From Octopus bimaculoides (lineage: Eukaryota): 64,000 nt of DNA. The notes under the pieces are model-generated. The model worked only from the letters and a program-made list of their open reading frames with translations. It was not told where the DNA came from and did no database searches. Each line of letters opens with the position of its first letter. Positions within the stretch are counted from its first letter, which is position 1. The stretch spans positions 70,079,333 to 70,143,332 of the forward strand of contig NC_068984.1 of the NCBI RefSeq assembly GCF_001194135.2. Direction: 5' to 3'. Below are positions 62,286 to 64,000 of this stretch, one piece after another. The translations under genes were made by a program, and so were the position numbers.

Positions 62286-62633
62286 GTGTAAAAACATTTC
62301 TATATATCTAAGTGTTAGGGTCATAACATCAAATATCAAATTATTTTATATAAAATACATTTTGTTGGATGTTATTTTATCTGAAATTTATTTTCACTCT
62401 TTTGCAAATGAAACAAAAATTGGATTTTCTGTAGAAGTGCTAAGAAACTGCAGTATTATATTACTGCATTTCATGTTTTTGTTGCAGAATTTCTTAACGC
62501 TAGACAACAACAAAAAAAAAAAAAAATTACAAACCATCACATTGAGAAAAAGTACAAATTTTATTGGAGTCCTATTTTTATAGAAACATAGATAGTCCTG
62601 AGGTTGCAATCATGCAGTACAAAAGTCCCAAAA

Positions 62634-62667
<34 letters not shown>

Positions 62668-63054
62668 CACTTAAACAGATATTCTATAACTAATATTATG
62701 AATTACTTGGCAAGAATTATATAAAAAAATATTCTTACAAATGTACTGAAATCAACTTAACTCATCATTTTTGAACCTCAGTATTAACATTCTTCATTTT
62801 ATATTGGATAATTTTTTAGAGGAACATCTATGATTTAGAACATCTATGATTTGGAACTGTTGTATCGCTTCCAATCAATTTTCCTCCTGCAAATTTATTG
62901 TCAAAGCATTATAAATATGATTGTCCCCTTCTTATTAAGGATCTCTAAAAGTATGGTATCCAATTGTCCTTACCTTTCTTTAAGCTATGCAGTTGTTGTT
63001 GTTGTTATTGAAGCCCTAGGTGAACCCTATGACCTAAGACAATCTCTATGGAGC

Positions 63055-63860
63055 AATATGAAAGGAAGATTGTATGATGCATGCATATGGACATCAAGTC
63101 TACATAGTAGTAATATGTGAGCCTTAACTGCAGTAGACATACAAAGGTTAGAAAGGAATGAGGCTAGTATGCTCTGCTGAATGTGTAATGTAAGTGTACA
63201 TGTTCAATAGAGTGCCAGTGTTCTGAGAGAGAAGTTAAGAGGAATTTGTTGCTGTGTGCAAGAGAGAAAACTGCACTGGTTTGATCATGTGATGAAGATG
63301 GATACCAACGCCTCCATAAAGAAGTGCTAATCTCCCAAAATAGATAGAATATATGAAAGTGGGAGACCCAAGAAGACATGGGATGAATCACTGAAGAAAA
63401 ACTTCAGGAGGCTGAACCTTTTAGGTGAGTTGACAAAAGACCAAGAAACCTGCTGACTGGCCATACTCATGAAGGCCCGTACCCTGCACCAGAAATGTTA
63501 AGACTGATCCTTCGGGTGGTGGAAAGCATTCATGGTGGTGCCATGTAAAACTACCTGTACATTGCTACGCAAAAGCCCCCATGTGGCATCACATAAAAGC
63601 ACCTGCATGGCACTACATAAAAGCACCTGTGTGGTGTCAAGTAAAAGTTCCCATATGATACCACATAAAAGTGCCCATGCAGTGTCACATAAAAGCACCC
63701 GGCACACTCTATGAAATAGTTGGTGTTAGGAAGGGCATCCAGCCACAAAACCCATGCCAAATCAGACTGGAGTCTGGTGCAAGCCACCCAGCTTGCCAAC
63801 TCTGATCACACAGTTCCACCCATGCCAGCATGGACAATGTACGTTAAATGATGATGACGA
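63055..63860 (+). mobile_element. RTE-clade LINE 3' fragment (ORF C-terminus, 3' UTR, (GAT)n tail)
   Basis: KGRLYDAC..LTAVDIQRLERNEASMLC*MCNV..VLREKL..VQERKLHWFDHVMKMD..SGRPKKTWDE; ends CCATGCCAGCATGGACAATGTACGTTAAATGATGATG. Confidence 0.92.
63538..63702 (+). repeat. 24-bp minisatellite, 7 units, in the RTE 3' UTR
   Basis: AAAA core at 63547, 63571, 63595, 63619, 63643, 63667 and 63691. Confidence 0.92.
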
Positions 63861-64000
63861 TGTATCTTTACCACTTCTACAGTTGATAGTTGTCATTTGA
63901 GAGAGATTTCTGTGCTATTTCTAGCAGGGTGAGAACCGTATAGATGCTTCCTCGTTGACGCAAACATTTATGTTAATATGTTTTTAAGTTGATTTAAATA

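Noticed and set aside
62428-62470. CTGTAGA..GAAAC-TGCA-GTA hammerhead-like words
   Set aside because: No stem I or stem II; better explained by a small local TGCAGTA/TACTGCA hairpin.
63538-63702. Regularly spaced repeats reminiscent of a CRISPR array
   Set aside because: Contiguous 24-bp tandem units with no unique spacers, in a eukaryotic LINE UTR, with no cas genes.

Overview
AT-rich, repeat-dense animal genomic DNA with nine N-gaps, mostly beside microsatellites. The repeat families resemble those I recall from octopus (coleoid cephalopod) genomes; this is an inference, not a database result. I could not support any intact host protein-coding gene, so the window reads as intergenic DNA or a very large intron. 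Most track ORFs are microsatellite, gap or repeat artefacts. DNA transposons: two decayed mariner elements, a decayed hAT element and a hAT MITE with an 8-bp TSD. LINE fragments: four R4/Dong-clade, two CR1-group and two RTE-clade, plus three Penelope-like (PLE) fragments. There are many copies of several tRNA-derived SINE families (my own labels A, B, D, E) and of a (GAT)n-tailed RTE 3' end (label C). Highlights: (1) minimal type I hammerhead ribozyme (HHR) motifs with a palindromic GAAAC-AGCT-GTA stem III, one in a PLE tail at 52.95 kb and two in the arms of a 404-bp fold-back element at 54.95-55.35 kb, inside a 4.5-kb cluster of three fold-back elements; (2) a mariner interrupted by a 535-bp inverted copy of its own 3' end plus flanking DNA, creating a large hairpin; (3) in-window evidence for LINE-SINE 3'-tail sharing and nested insertions. 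All alignments and translations were done by eye; boundaries of decayed elements are approximate.
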